Below are positions 50,801 to 61,901 of a DNA stretch of 64,000 nucleotides, in pieces; the first letter of the stretch is position 1, and each line of letters begins with the position of its first letter. This stretch comes from Azolla caroliniana (Eukaryota; Plantae; Polypodiophyta), in contig JBHGNT010000001.1 of the NCBI GenBank assembly GCA_043228905.1, positions 19,406,001 to 19,470,000 on the forward strand. Reading direction: 5' to 3'. Made by a program: the position numbers and the translations under genes. The notes under the pieces are model-generated. The model did not search any database, was not told the DNA's origin, and saw only the letters and a list, made by a program, of their open reading frames with translations.

Positions 50801-53362
50801 TGTGTGTGGTGTTGTCTCCCGTTTCTATGTAGCCAAGTTGATCCAATGTATGCAACTCATTGAACCACTTGTGGGATGTCATGTGATGTGAGGCACCAGA
50901 ATTGACGAACCACATGTCTTCTGAATTGGAGGTGCTTGCGGAGATGGAGACTGACATACAGTTCACTCTATGCCTCCTTACGAATAGTCCGCCGTAGTCA
51001 TCGTATTCAGAGTTGGTTGTGTAATTTGTGACTTGTCGACTTGTGGAAGCCGAATTGCTTCTTCTTTTTCGGCACTCCTCCTCACGGTGGCTGATTTTTC
51101 CGCAATAATTGCAAGTTGCGGGCCTCATTTTCCAACCTTGTTTGGCATCGAAGCTTCCCCTTCTTCTGAAGGTTCCTAGATGGTTTCCTTGAAGGTTTGA
51201 GTTCCCTTCGTGTGATGGGCTGAATTGACCTCTTCTACCGCTGTGACCTCGTCCTCGGACACCGTCCGAATTCGAGAAGAACATTTGTCCTTCCGACGTC
51301 TTGCTTTTGGTTCGGATGTGGTTCTCTTCTACCAATAGCATTGATTGAAGGTCGAAGAATGAAAGAGGGTTTTCTCTTGCCAAGATTGTCGTCTGTAATG
51401 GGTCGAATTGTTGTATGAGGCCGGCCAAGCATACTTGAACCATCTCCTCTTCATCGACATTTATGTTGATGGAGCCAAGCGAGTCGCAAATGCTCTTGAT
51501 TTTGGCGGTGTAGTCCGACACAAACATATCTTTTTGCCGAATGTTGTTAAACTCTTGTCGGATTTGAAGCTTTCAGGTGGTCGTGTTGGCGGCGACCATC
51601 TTCATCAAGTTCCCCCACGCATCTTTAGGCGTCTTGGCGTCTCGAATGTGGCTAAGCATGTGATCGTTGACACATGTTGCCAAGCAATACATGACTCGAC
51701 TCGCTGCTTGCTCCCATATTGCGTAGTCGATGTTCTTCGAGTCGGGTTGATGTTATTGTGCGCAGTTGATGTAGCTCCAATACCCTTGGCCTACTAGGTA
51801 TTTGGTCATCTTGTACTCCCAAGATGAATAATTTCTCCAGTCCAACTTTTCACTAGGGAGCGAGCTACCCATTTGTGTGTTCATTTTGATTTAGTGTCTT
51901 CCTTTTTTTATTTCCTTCCCTCGATCACTTACTCGTGCTACGTAGCAGCACTACGGTAGCGGATTCCCGGATTTTGTCGTTGGCGTCTCGAACACACAAT
52001 CACGGAGACGAGTGGGCCTAGTGGATTTTCTAAACCACACACTCTGATACCATGTTAAGAATTAGGTAATTAAGTATGGGTTAATTAGTATCTAATTATA
52101 TTATTAAGCTAAGCGGAAGATTAAGTGACATGTGTGTGTATGTGTGTGAGAGGAAGAGAGAGAGGAAGTTACACTTATGAACAACACAAGATGGGGGATG
52201 GTTAACTCTATATTAAATTAGCATCATCATCATCAAATACAAAAATACCCACAATGATCTATATATACAACTCATGTGCAACGGTGCACATGTGTGAGTA
52301 GAATATAGGTACAAGGATGTAAGACCTATATTCAATAATACTTGGTAGTGGAGAATCTTGAATGTATCCACTTGCATACAAGTACAAAATCCTATTTAAG
52401 GGTTTAAGGTCAATACTTATAAGTAGATTCTATCTAGGTAACTACTAAGTTATGCGTGTTGACTAAACGATCAAACGAAGTTGAGCTTGAGATATATCAA
52501 CACTATGGGAAATGACAACGCATGCAAAATAGTTGGAATCGGAGACGTACGTTTGCTGACATCAATAGGAAGCAGAATGGTATTGAAGGATGTGCTCCAT
52601 GTTCCGAACATCTGCAAAATAGTGGTACCTTCCAAAACGGCACCTGGAAATTCTGCAAGGGAAACCTTATTGTGGCTCATTCTCGGAATCAAAGTACACT
52701 ATACGTGATGCACGCACGGTTGAACCGGAACAAGGTCAATGTGGTAGCTGACATAGCCGGTGAGTAGTGGCATAAGAGGTTGTGCCACATGAGTCAGACG
52801 GGCATGCAGATACTGTCCGAAAAGGAACTCTTACCGGAGGTGAAGAAAGTGCACCTGGACAAATTCCCTGACTTCTTGGCCTCTAATGAGAAGGAACTAC
52901 GCTCTAGAACTTGTGCATACGAATGTATGCCAAGTTGATGCAAAGTCACATGGAGGTGCACAATATTTTGTGACCTTCATAGATGCCTATAGCTAAAAAT
53001 TGTAGGTTTCCACATTGAAGACAAAGGACTAGGTGTTGTTCGTCTTCAAAGAATTCCAAGCAAGAGCGGAAAGAGAATCTAGACAAAAGTTGAAGGCTAT
53101 CAGACGGATAATGGAGGGGAGTACAAAGGGTAGCTCAAGGAATATTTTCGGGCTCAAGGTATCTGGCTGGAGTACACAGAGCCGAAGACTCTGGAACTAA
53201 ACAAATTGGCCAAAAGGATGAACCAGATCGTGATGGAGAGGGTCTGATGTATGCTAGCACACACTACGTTGTCGAAAACCTACTAGACTAAGACTTTGAA
53301 AATGATTGTCTACGTGATAAACAAGTCTCCCTTTGTTCATACCGGCCGGACAGGGAAGGACG

Positions 53363-56300
53363 TGTTACTCCTTAGGGCAGGACTAGCCCTAAGACAGGGT
53401 GTCCCTCTAGGACACTTCACCAAAGGGTGGTGAACTGTGTTACTCCTTGGGGCAGGACTAGCCCTAACACAAGATGTCCCTCTAGGACACTTCACCAAAG
53501 GGTGGTGCAAGTGGGGTAGTCGTTGACCATGATACAAACGTATTCCTAACCGGCTACTAACCGACGTGGTTAAGGATCGTAATACACGTGTAAGATAGAT
53601 TCTATTAAGCACAGAACGGTAATTAACTAAAGCTTCAAAGATTAAACAAGATGTAGAACAACAACACTTTCATTAATAATCCGATATCTGGTTACAATCT
53701 AACCGGGTCCTTTTATAGGTCACCAGTTTTGGGTTACGAACCGGTGCCAACTGGCAACCGGCCACGAACAGGTCCGGATCCGGATCGGCATACCGATTCT
53801 GGGTCCGTCCGTTCGCTTCTCGAAATATAATAATTATAGATAACAATTCTTAGTTCTAAAATAATTATCCCTTTCCCATTGTGGACTTTATTCGGCTTTT
53901 AAGTCTTTGCCGGTCAACACATGGCACGCCCGTGGGACAGTACCTTGTACATCGAATCCCACGGTTCTCCCTTCAATCTTCCTCCAAAATGTCCAGAATG
54001 CTCTAGTCCAAGGGTTCTAAATGCTCATCGGGTAGCTGCTTCGTCGTCTGTTGCTGCTCTTGCTCCCGCTCCTACTGCTCCTGCTTGTGCTGCTTTGGTC
54101 TCTCCGATTCGACTGGTCTCGAGGCTTCCGGTTCTGGTTCTGTTGGTTTGGGCTCCTGCTGCTCTGGTCTCTCCGGTTCCACTGGTCTTGAGGCTTCCGC
54201 TTTAGTTAATTACTGCCTACTTAGCCCATTTAGACCACCATTGAACCAAAATTTCTTCCACCAATCTCTTCTCCAATTTCTCCATGTCAGCACCAGATCA
54301 TGGATTCGCCCCAACCCCATCTTTGACTTATTCTCCACGGCCTGTTTTTCGTCTTTCAATTGTTTGATAAGGCACACGGTTGCCACTTCTTGGCTTTTGT
54401 AGTGCATGAAATTTGTCTGATAGGTAGTCTGAACTTTGTTCAAAGCCATTGTAGCATCTTCCTTTTCCTCATAGTGCTGCTAGGTAAGCTCCATCCATTC
54501 TTTCGCTGCTTCCGCCAGTCTTTTTGTTGCTTCAGCCCCCTTCGACTATTCCTCCGCCAGGGCCGCTACTATCCGGTTAACCTCATCTTGAAGTTCCCGT
54601 AACTTCTCCTGCTACCGGTCACTTTCGGTGATCAATTTCTTGTGTTCTGCATCCAAGTGTTTGTGATCCCAGTGCAGCTGATCAAAGTCGTCCGTTTTGT
54701 GTTTTAGCCTTTGATTGATCAGACGACGAGAACGGTCTTCCTGGTCCTTTTGTTATCAGAGCTCTTCCTTGAGTCGCTCGATCTCTACTTCCGCCGAGTG
54801 CCGGAGTTTGTCCTTTTCCTACAGGAGTTTTTCTTTTTCTTCCTTCAGTCAGTCATATGCTTGATAACCTTTTTACAGGCTTTCTTCGGCTTGTCGGAGG
54901 CTTTCGGCTAATTTCTTTTGCTCTTCCTCTGCCGCCTTCTTCCATTCACGTTCTCTAGCCCTTAAGGCCTCTTGGGCTTCCAATTCTTCTTTCAGCGTGG
55001 CGAGTTCTTGTTCCTGTGCCTTATTTGTATCCGGGATTGTTTTAGTCACCGGGGTCTTATTAATCTGAACACTCACCAGTGCCACCGATTCTAATTGTTT
55101 TGGTCCTTCGATGACCATCTTAGCTTCCTCTTCTCTGGTTTTTTCCATTTCTTGTTACATGCTCTGGATTCTCGACCGGGCCTTCTCTAGTTCTTCGGTT
55201 GTGGCGAGCAACCGGTCCACGTGTGCTCTTTCTTCTGCTTCTATGTGGCAGACCACCCCGGCCACTTGTTCTCCTATCCACCGTAGCCATTGGCTGCCAA
55301 TGCTTTGTTGCCGTGCCGGTTCTGGTCGTGGTGTGGCTTCCTCACTTGCCGAGAACCTAGTCTAGGTAGTTAGCGGTAGTTCCTGTTCTTGCTATTGCTA
55401 ATGCGTCGGCGACACTAACAATTCAATCACCGGTTTTTGAACATCCGGCTCCGCTATTTCTTGCCGCATAGGTGCTTCTAACACCGGATCTGGTTGAACC
55501 AGTTTTGACTCATTCCTTGGCTACGGCTCCTCGCGGCGGGGCTTTGGTATATTCTCCTTTACCGGACTTGATTCCTCCCCTTTGTGGCCCTCGTCGCGTG
55601 TCTGTTTGCGACGTAATAGGTGCTCTGCAGGTTCTTCTTCCTGCTCCTCTTCTAGGGTTCCCCTATTGATTAACGCCGCCAAGGGGTCTTGCTCCTGTTG
55701 TTGTTCCGATTGTTGTTCAGGCCGGCGCAACTTAATTTTTAAGGGTCTCACTGGTGTTTCCACAAGTGTCTCCTTCTCTTTCGTACGTTTCCGACTAGGC
55801 TGCTCCTTTGCCTTCTGTGAGGAGCCGACCGCTTTCCATCCGATCACTTGTTTAGCCAGGAGTTGCTGCCTTTTTGAAGATTGGTTGGGGGTTGATTCAG
55901 TCGGTCTCACCCGCTTCTTTGGTTGTATCGGCTCTACCGGCGGTGCTAAAAGAGTGAGCCATTGCGCCACCGCTATCCACAACTTCTTGCCATCCTTTAC
56001 TGATTCTATGGCTGCGCTCAGACTTTCAGCGATGATCATTGGCCAATCCACCTGTTCTCCCTCATAAGTCGCTATAATAAAAGTGGCTCTGTTCTTTGGC
56101 ATAGTCGGGGGTCGAGGGTGTACATGCCCATACTCATGAAGCACACGAGCAACTGCTAGCCAGGGAGTACTCACCGAAGAACTTCGTGAGCATCTCCGGT
56201 GAAGGGTTGTCGATCAAGAATATTCCGCCCTCCGGTAAGCCGGTCATGGCGCGGATGGCCTCTTCTGTGATGACCTTTGTATCGATCTCCTACACGACTT

Positions 56301-59300
56301 TCTCCGCCTCGTCGTGCAGAGGTGCCTCGACGATTCTTAGGAACCCTTCCAACCCGTGTTGCTTGAACCATTTCTTGGCCGCTTCTGAGAGTGCCATGTG
56401 TTCCATATCATCGTTTGAGTCTCTGGGACTTGGTAGAATTGGTACGTCTGTGCGTTCTTCTTGCATTCGTCTGATCATTCTTAATTGCCTGTGTGTGCTT
56501 AGTGATCTGTTCTCGCGAAATGAGAGGAACTCTGCGAGGCGGAGGTTTTGTCTCTCCATGCTTGGCCTAGTTCTCTGACGACATCTCTATCTAGTTCCTC
56601 TCTGGCATCTTCCGGTTGTGCAACATACGGAGAGACTGTTTCGGCCACATCTATTTCGAACAAGGGTACAATTTTTGGATTATCCTCGAGATACTGATCG
56701 ACTTCCTCGTCGGCAAGCCCTTCCAGCATATTAATGCTTTCAGCGTATAAGAATGTTAGCTCTTTTTCGGTTCCGGTTTGTGGATGTGTCAGTACCCGTA
56801 CTTTGGTTTTGCCTCGTCAGAACATAATCACGTTCTTTCGCCAGATTTGCTTAATGTGCGCCATCCACAACCAAGGTTGTCCAAGCAATAGTGGGTAAGC
56901 CCCTTGGGTATTTAACTGGAGAACCACCGCAGAAATGCGGAATGCATGTCCTCCAATTGTTACCTCTAGATCTCATATTAAACTGGTGGGTCTTACCGAA
57001 ATCGTATCTTCCATCCAGAGCCAAAACGGGCAAGGCTTCGACTCGTGGATTCCCAGGGTGTCACAAGTACAGAGGCTGATTACATTGAGACCCTATCCTC
57101 CGTCGATGATCATCCCTGGTAGCTCGCGTCCTTTGACAATGGTGGTGATTGCCGGACTACTTGTGTCCACCACCGCCGGCCCTTCCTCTGGGTTGGAAAA
57201 GAAAGCTAAAACCGATGAAGAGTTTGGTGGTGTTATTGCCAATTTCAGCCCATCCGTGAACCGGGGTACTAATTGTAGTAGCCGGCCTAATGGCAACGTA
57301 ATTTGATATTCCTATAACGCTTGCCATGTTGGGTTTTCTGACTGTATTGTGTTGGTGAGCTCCGGCGGGGCCTCCTTTTGTTGTTTGACTTTAGCCGCAT
57401 TCCGTTCATTCGCCTTCTCTACCCATTCGGTGGCCTGTCTCCGGATAGCCTCTTGTGCTTCCCACTCCGTCGTCTTTCCTATTGACCTGGTGGTGACTTG
57501 TTGTATATCCGTGACCTCTGCTACCACCATATTGACTGTCGGTCATTTTTCGTTACTTTTCACCGGGCATTGGTTGGTGTAATGGCCTTCCTGTTGACAA
57601 TAATAACAATACGCTTTCCGGGTATTGGTGGATTCTGCTTTTGGCCCGGTACTTGGTTGAAATCCTGTTGTCGGTCGATTAGGCTCTTCCGTTCATCTTT
57701 GTTCTGGCTAGATGCCACTCAAGCCTCTCTCCGGCTCTCGTGGGTATTCCTTCGCTGGTTCCCGATGCTCCTCCTTTCGGGTGTTTCATTTCTTATTAAA
57801 ACGTCGGTGGTTCTTGTATCGCTGTCGGCAACGATCTTCGTAATCCCTGCGCTGATCCTCTCTCCTCCGGTTGTAACTTGGAGAGTGATCGCAATTAGAA
57901 CGGTCACCATTATAATCCTGGTACCTGTCGTACCAGTTCCGGTCATAAGTGTCCCTTCTGTTGTTGCCCCGGACATCCTGTACTGGCTGGTAACACTCGT
58001 CTCGATGCCAACATTCTTCTTCCTGTTCTTGGTCGTTGCGGGTATCGATTTCTCTTACCGGTGCCGCTTTCCGGTTCAGTAAGTTATATTCACATCGGTC
58101 CATTGTGTGCGACCTTGAATGGCATAACATGCACTGTGACTGCATGGTACATTCTATTGCGGAGTGCCCAACATTGAGACAAGTTGTACATTGTATAGCT
58201 TGACGAAAACGTAGGTCTTCTTCTGTCGGTAATGCACGCTAGAGTGCCCCCATTGTTAGCCATGAGCTTGTTTTCTCTATCTCCTTGACCCGGTCTATGA
58301 CCTGGTCCATCGTGTTGGTGCGGAAATCAATGATTGCGCACATTGTACGCAGGGGTTCCCGGAGTGCTACTAGGAATATTGCTTTAGCCTCTAATTCCGA
58401 TGGTGCCTGACTTAGCTAGCTATGCATCCGCTGGAATCTAGTTTTCAAGTCCTCAAATGTAGTGATGGTGCCGAGAAGGTGTGTCAACCGCCATTGCATG
58501 GCTAGTCCTTCCAAAGTCATGCCCACCATCTCTTGTTGATCCACCTCCTTGTGGAAGAACTGTAAAAATCTAGTTTTCAAGTCCTCAAATGTAGTGATGG
58601 TGCCGAGAAGGTGTGTCAACCGCCATTGCATGGCTAGTCCTTCCAAAGTCATGCCGAACTCTGCAATCTTCGATCGTTCTGCTTCAGCGGCGTTTAAGCA
58701 TTGTGACACATGGTTTACTTCCCATGTTTGTAGAAATGCATACACATGGGATTTCGCGTCCGGATCATCCCGATACCTGGGATATTGGAATGACATATCG
58801 TCGTCCGGTGTCAGAACTCGAGCTGGTGGTGACAGAGATCTCTCCTCCTCTTCTGTTGGAGATGGTGTCAGAGGTTTTTCCTCCTCTTTTTTCGGAGGCG
58901 GTGTCAGAGGTCTTTCCTTCTCTTTTTTCAGCGTCGAAGGTCTTCCCTCCTCCTTCAGACACTCGTATGGCGGTGTCGGAGGTTGATCCGCCTCATGCTT
59001 TCCTGAAGCTTCCAGTTCTGTTATCGTCGGTTTTGGTGTCGGTATATTATCTGATTCTTCGTCCTCCGGACCGTCTGGGGTATCGTGACTGCTGCGGTAA
59101 TTCGAATGTGCGTTGTACTTGCCGTCTGAATATGATTCAAATGCCGAAAATGGTTCTGAATCGCCTTCTCCCGCTGCTAATGCCTGCAGGATGGATTCCG
59201 CTTCTTTCAGACTACTTAAACTGCTTCCTTCATCTGGCTGGGAATTTTGCTGCAAACGGAGTGACTCCACGGCCACTCGCCGGATCACCTTTGAAAAGGA

Positions 59301-60023
59301 TCGATTCGCACAGATTTCTTCTGCCGCCTGATGGTACGCTTTGCGCTTCCGTACTCTTTCGACGAGTCGTCTCGCTCGCTCCGTTGCTGGGTCGTTTGTT
59401 GGTCTAGTCATCCACGCCCCCCACTGTTCACTGTGCTTGAGCAGGAATCGTGTTCGCCAAAAACTGTGTTACTCCTTGGGGTAGGACTAGCCCTAACACA
59501 GGGTGTCCCTCTAGGACATTTCACCAAAGCGGGGTGAACTATGTTACTCCTTGGGGCAGGACTAGCCCTAACATAGGGTGTCCTTCTAGGACACTTCACC
59601 AAAGGGTGGTTCAAGTGGGGTAGGCGTAGACCGTGATACAAACGTATTCCTAACCGGCTACTAACCAGTGTGGTTAAGGATCGTAATACACGCGTAAGAT
59701 AGATTCTATTAAGCATAGAACGGTAATTAACTAAAGCTTCAAAGATTAAACAAGATGTAGAACAACAACACTTTCATTAATAAACCGCTATCTAATTACA
59801 ATCTAACCGGGTCCTTTTATAGATCACCGGCTCTAGGTTACGAACCGGTGCCAATTGGCAACCAGCCACGAACTAGTCTGGATCCAGATCGGCATACTGA
59901 TTCCGGGTCCGTTTGTTCGCATCTCAAAATATAATAATTATAGATAACAATTCCTGGTTCTAAAATAATTATCCCTTTCCCATTCTGGACTTTATCCGGC
60001 CTTTAAGTTTTTGCCGGTCAACA
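53363..60023 (-). mobile_element. Gypsy 'C' (same lineage as A and B), 557-bp LTRs, lacking RT-RH-IN
   Basis: LTRs 53363-53919 and 59467-60023, TSD GGACG/GGATG. gag 57312-59411, PR (MIIDGG) 56560-57300, accessory ORF ~54000-56408. PBS TGGCGAACACGAT on the minus strand at 59447-59459. Confidence 0.93.
58436..58654 (-). repeat. ~85-bp direct duplication inside C gag
   Basis: GMTLEGLAMQWRLTHLLGTITTFEDLKTRF is encoded twice. Confidence 0.9.
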
Positions 60024-60988
60024 GGATGTGTCATACCGGCATATGAGGGTGTTCGGTTGCCTAGCATATGTACACATTGGTAAGGAATCGAGAGGAAAGT
60101 TAGATCCTAAGGGCAAGCCTTTTATCTTCCTAGGGTACAACGAAGATGAATTCAGTTACCGGCTATGGGACCTGATAGACAAGAAGTAAATCAGGAGCCG
60201 AGACATAGTCTTCATGGAAGATAAGACTATCTCCGACTAGGAGATGGAGAAGAAGGGATCATCCTCTGAGTCGACCAACATAGAGCAACCAAATGTAATA
60301 AGTACCCAACCAGTTAGATGTAATAACATAGGGATATCCTCTGAGAGAGAGAAGGGCCACTCATAGATTTCCAGATGAAGAGCATGTACTCTTAACTGAT
60401 GAGGGGGAGCTTGAAAGCGTTGAGCGAAGAAGGATACCCACAACCGAAAGTGGTTGAGTGCCATGTAGGATAACATGGATTCCCTATATGAAAACTATAT
60501 GTATGAGCTCACGGAGTTGCCAAAAGGAAAGAAGGCACTCCGGAACAAGTGGGTGTACAAGTTCAAACCGGGAGATAGTGAGAATCCACCCAGATACAAA
60601 GCCCAAATTGTGGTGAAAGGCTTTTAGGAGAAGAAGGGTGTAGATTTTGATGAAATATTTGCTCCGATAGTGAAGATGAAATCCATCCGGACGGTGCTAA
60701 GCATAACACCTAGCATGAACTTAGAAGTCAAACAACTGGATGTCAAGACAACTTTCATGCATGGAGATTTGGAGGAAGAAATCCACATGCAGCAATTGGA
60801 AGGGTTTGTGGAGAAACGAAAGGAAAACTTGGTATGCCGGTGGAGGAAAAGCTTGTACGGGCTGAAGCAAGCACCCCGACAATGGTACCCAAAATTCGAG
60901 TATTTCATGGTAGATCATGACTTCCACAAGACGCAAGCCGACCATTGTGTCTTCGTGAAGAGATATGACGGAGGAGACTTCTGATCCT

Positions 60989-61901
60989 TGTTATTGTACG
61001 AGATGTACAGAGAGTTGAGTGTGATGAGTGAGGGTGAAGAGACTTCATGTTATTGTGTGTATGTGTAATGTATACGATTGTGAGTGTGAATGTAATTGTA
61101 ATTGTGATTAGATACGTGTGTGAATACATGCACACGTGTGTGCATGTGGATAGATAAGAAGAGGTGTGAGTGAATGATTAGTGTGAATGGCCAAGGAGGC
61201 TTGCACCCCTATGTATCTACCCCTCTTGTAACTATTTAACCCCCTTAAGAGGAATGAATCAATAAGAAAAGATTTCTTTCTCTCAACTTCTCTCTCTCCC
61301 TCTCCCTCCCTCTCCCTCTCCCTCCCTCTCCCTCTCCCTCCCTCTCTCTCTCTCTCTCTCTCTCTTCCTCACGTTGAACCCCCTTGGGAGGGGGGTGGAG
61401 CCATTCTAGGCACCACCCCCCACCCCACAACGCTTATTAATCTCTCCATCACATCGTTCATCATCACTAGCTTTTCATCAGAGCTAACCCTATTCCTACC
61501 TTTATCATAATTATCATTAGCCCTAATCCTAAAACCTATAACACTATTTTGGCATGCCCTACATCCGACCGCCCTTGGAGAAGAAGTTTGAGAAGGATGC
61601 ACAACGATGAAATGTGCAATAATGGTGACGATGATATACGAGAAATCGTATCGAGGATGTGTGGCAAATGGTGATCACGATGTGCGAGACAAAATCGAGG
61701 AATGACATGACGAGGACGATGTGCGGGAAATGGTGACGGTGATTGGAAGTTGTCGATGAATGCTACATTGTGATAATGTGCTAGAGGATGTCACAAAATG
61801 ATACACGATGAAAGTATTGTAGAGAGTTCATTCTCTTGTAGTTCGTGGGAAATTTCGACTTAAGAAACACAACAAAATACACGATACACGGTGTTTAACG
61901 T
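60989..61901 (+). mobile_element. Family-X LTR (60989-61543), PBS TGGCATGCCC and non-coding interior
   Basis: Shares its start, U5 hairpin block and Arg PBS with LTR 6206-6546; interrupts copia-2 RT. Confidence 0.8.

Larger units (their letters stand above)
35823..52502 (-). mobile_element. Copia '3' (LTRs 35823-36266 and 52053-52502; RT/RH deleted)
   Basis: Matching LTRs, iMet PBS at 52042-52052, gag/PR 50582-51871, IN 36578-37930, PPT next to 36266. Confidence 0.88.
34283..60988 (+). mobile_element. Copia '2', outermost member of the nest: LTR 34283-34783, gag/PR 34831-35822, PR/IN 52503-53362, IN/RT 60024-60988
   Basis: MEDSAGGIFKLTGSNY, CFYCRKPGHFQKN, GKDVSYRHMRVFGC, QLDVKTTFMHGDL; degenerate PBS TAGTATTAGAG. 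Confidence 0.85.

Noticed and set aside
53337-53612. Repeated small ORF MLNRIYLTRV.. (also 59408-59716)
   Set aside because: It recurs only because it lies within the two LTRs; no coding evidence.
53922-53938. Reading this site as the ordinary PBS of a plus-oriented element with an inverted interior
   Set aside because: The LTR TATA box, gag and a separate PBS at 59447-59459 are all on the minus strand, and element B shows the same layout independently.
57498-58082. Hydrophobic 194-aa ORF as an env-like membrane protein (also 1613-1954, 6911-7276, 46379-47035)
   Set aside because: These are antisense shadows of purine-rich gag or linker regions and are not conserved among homologues.
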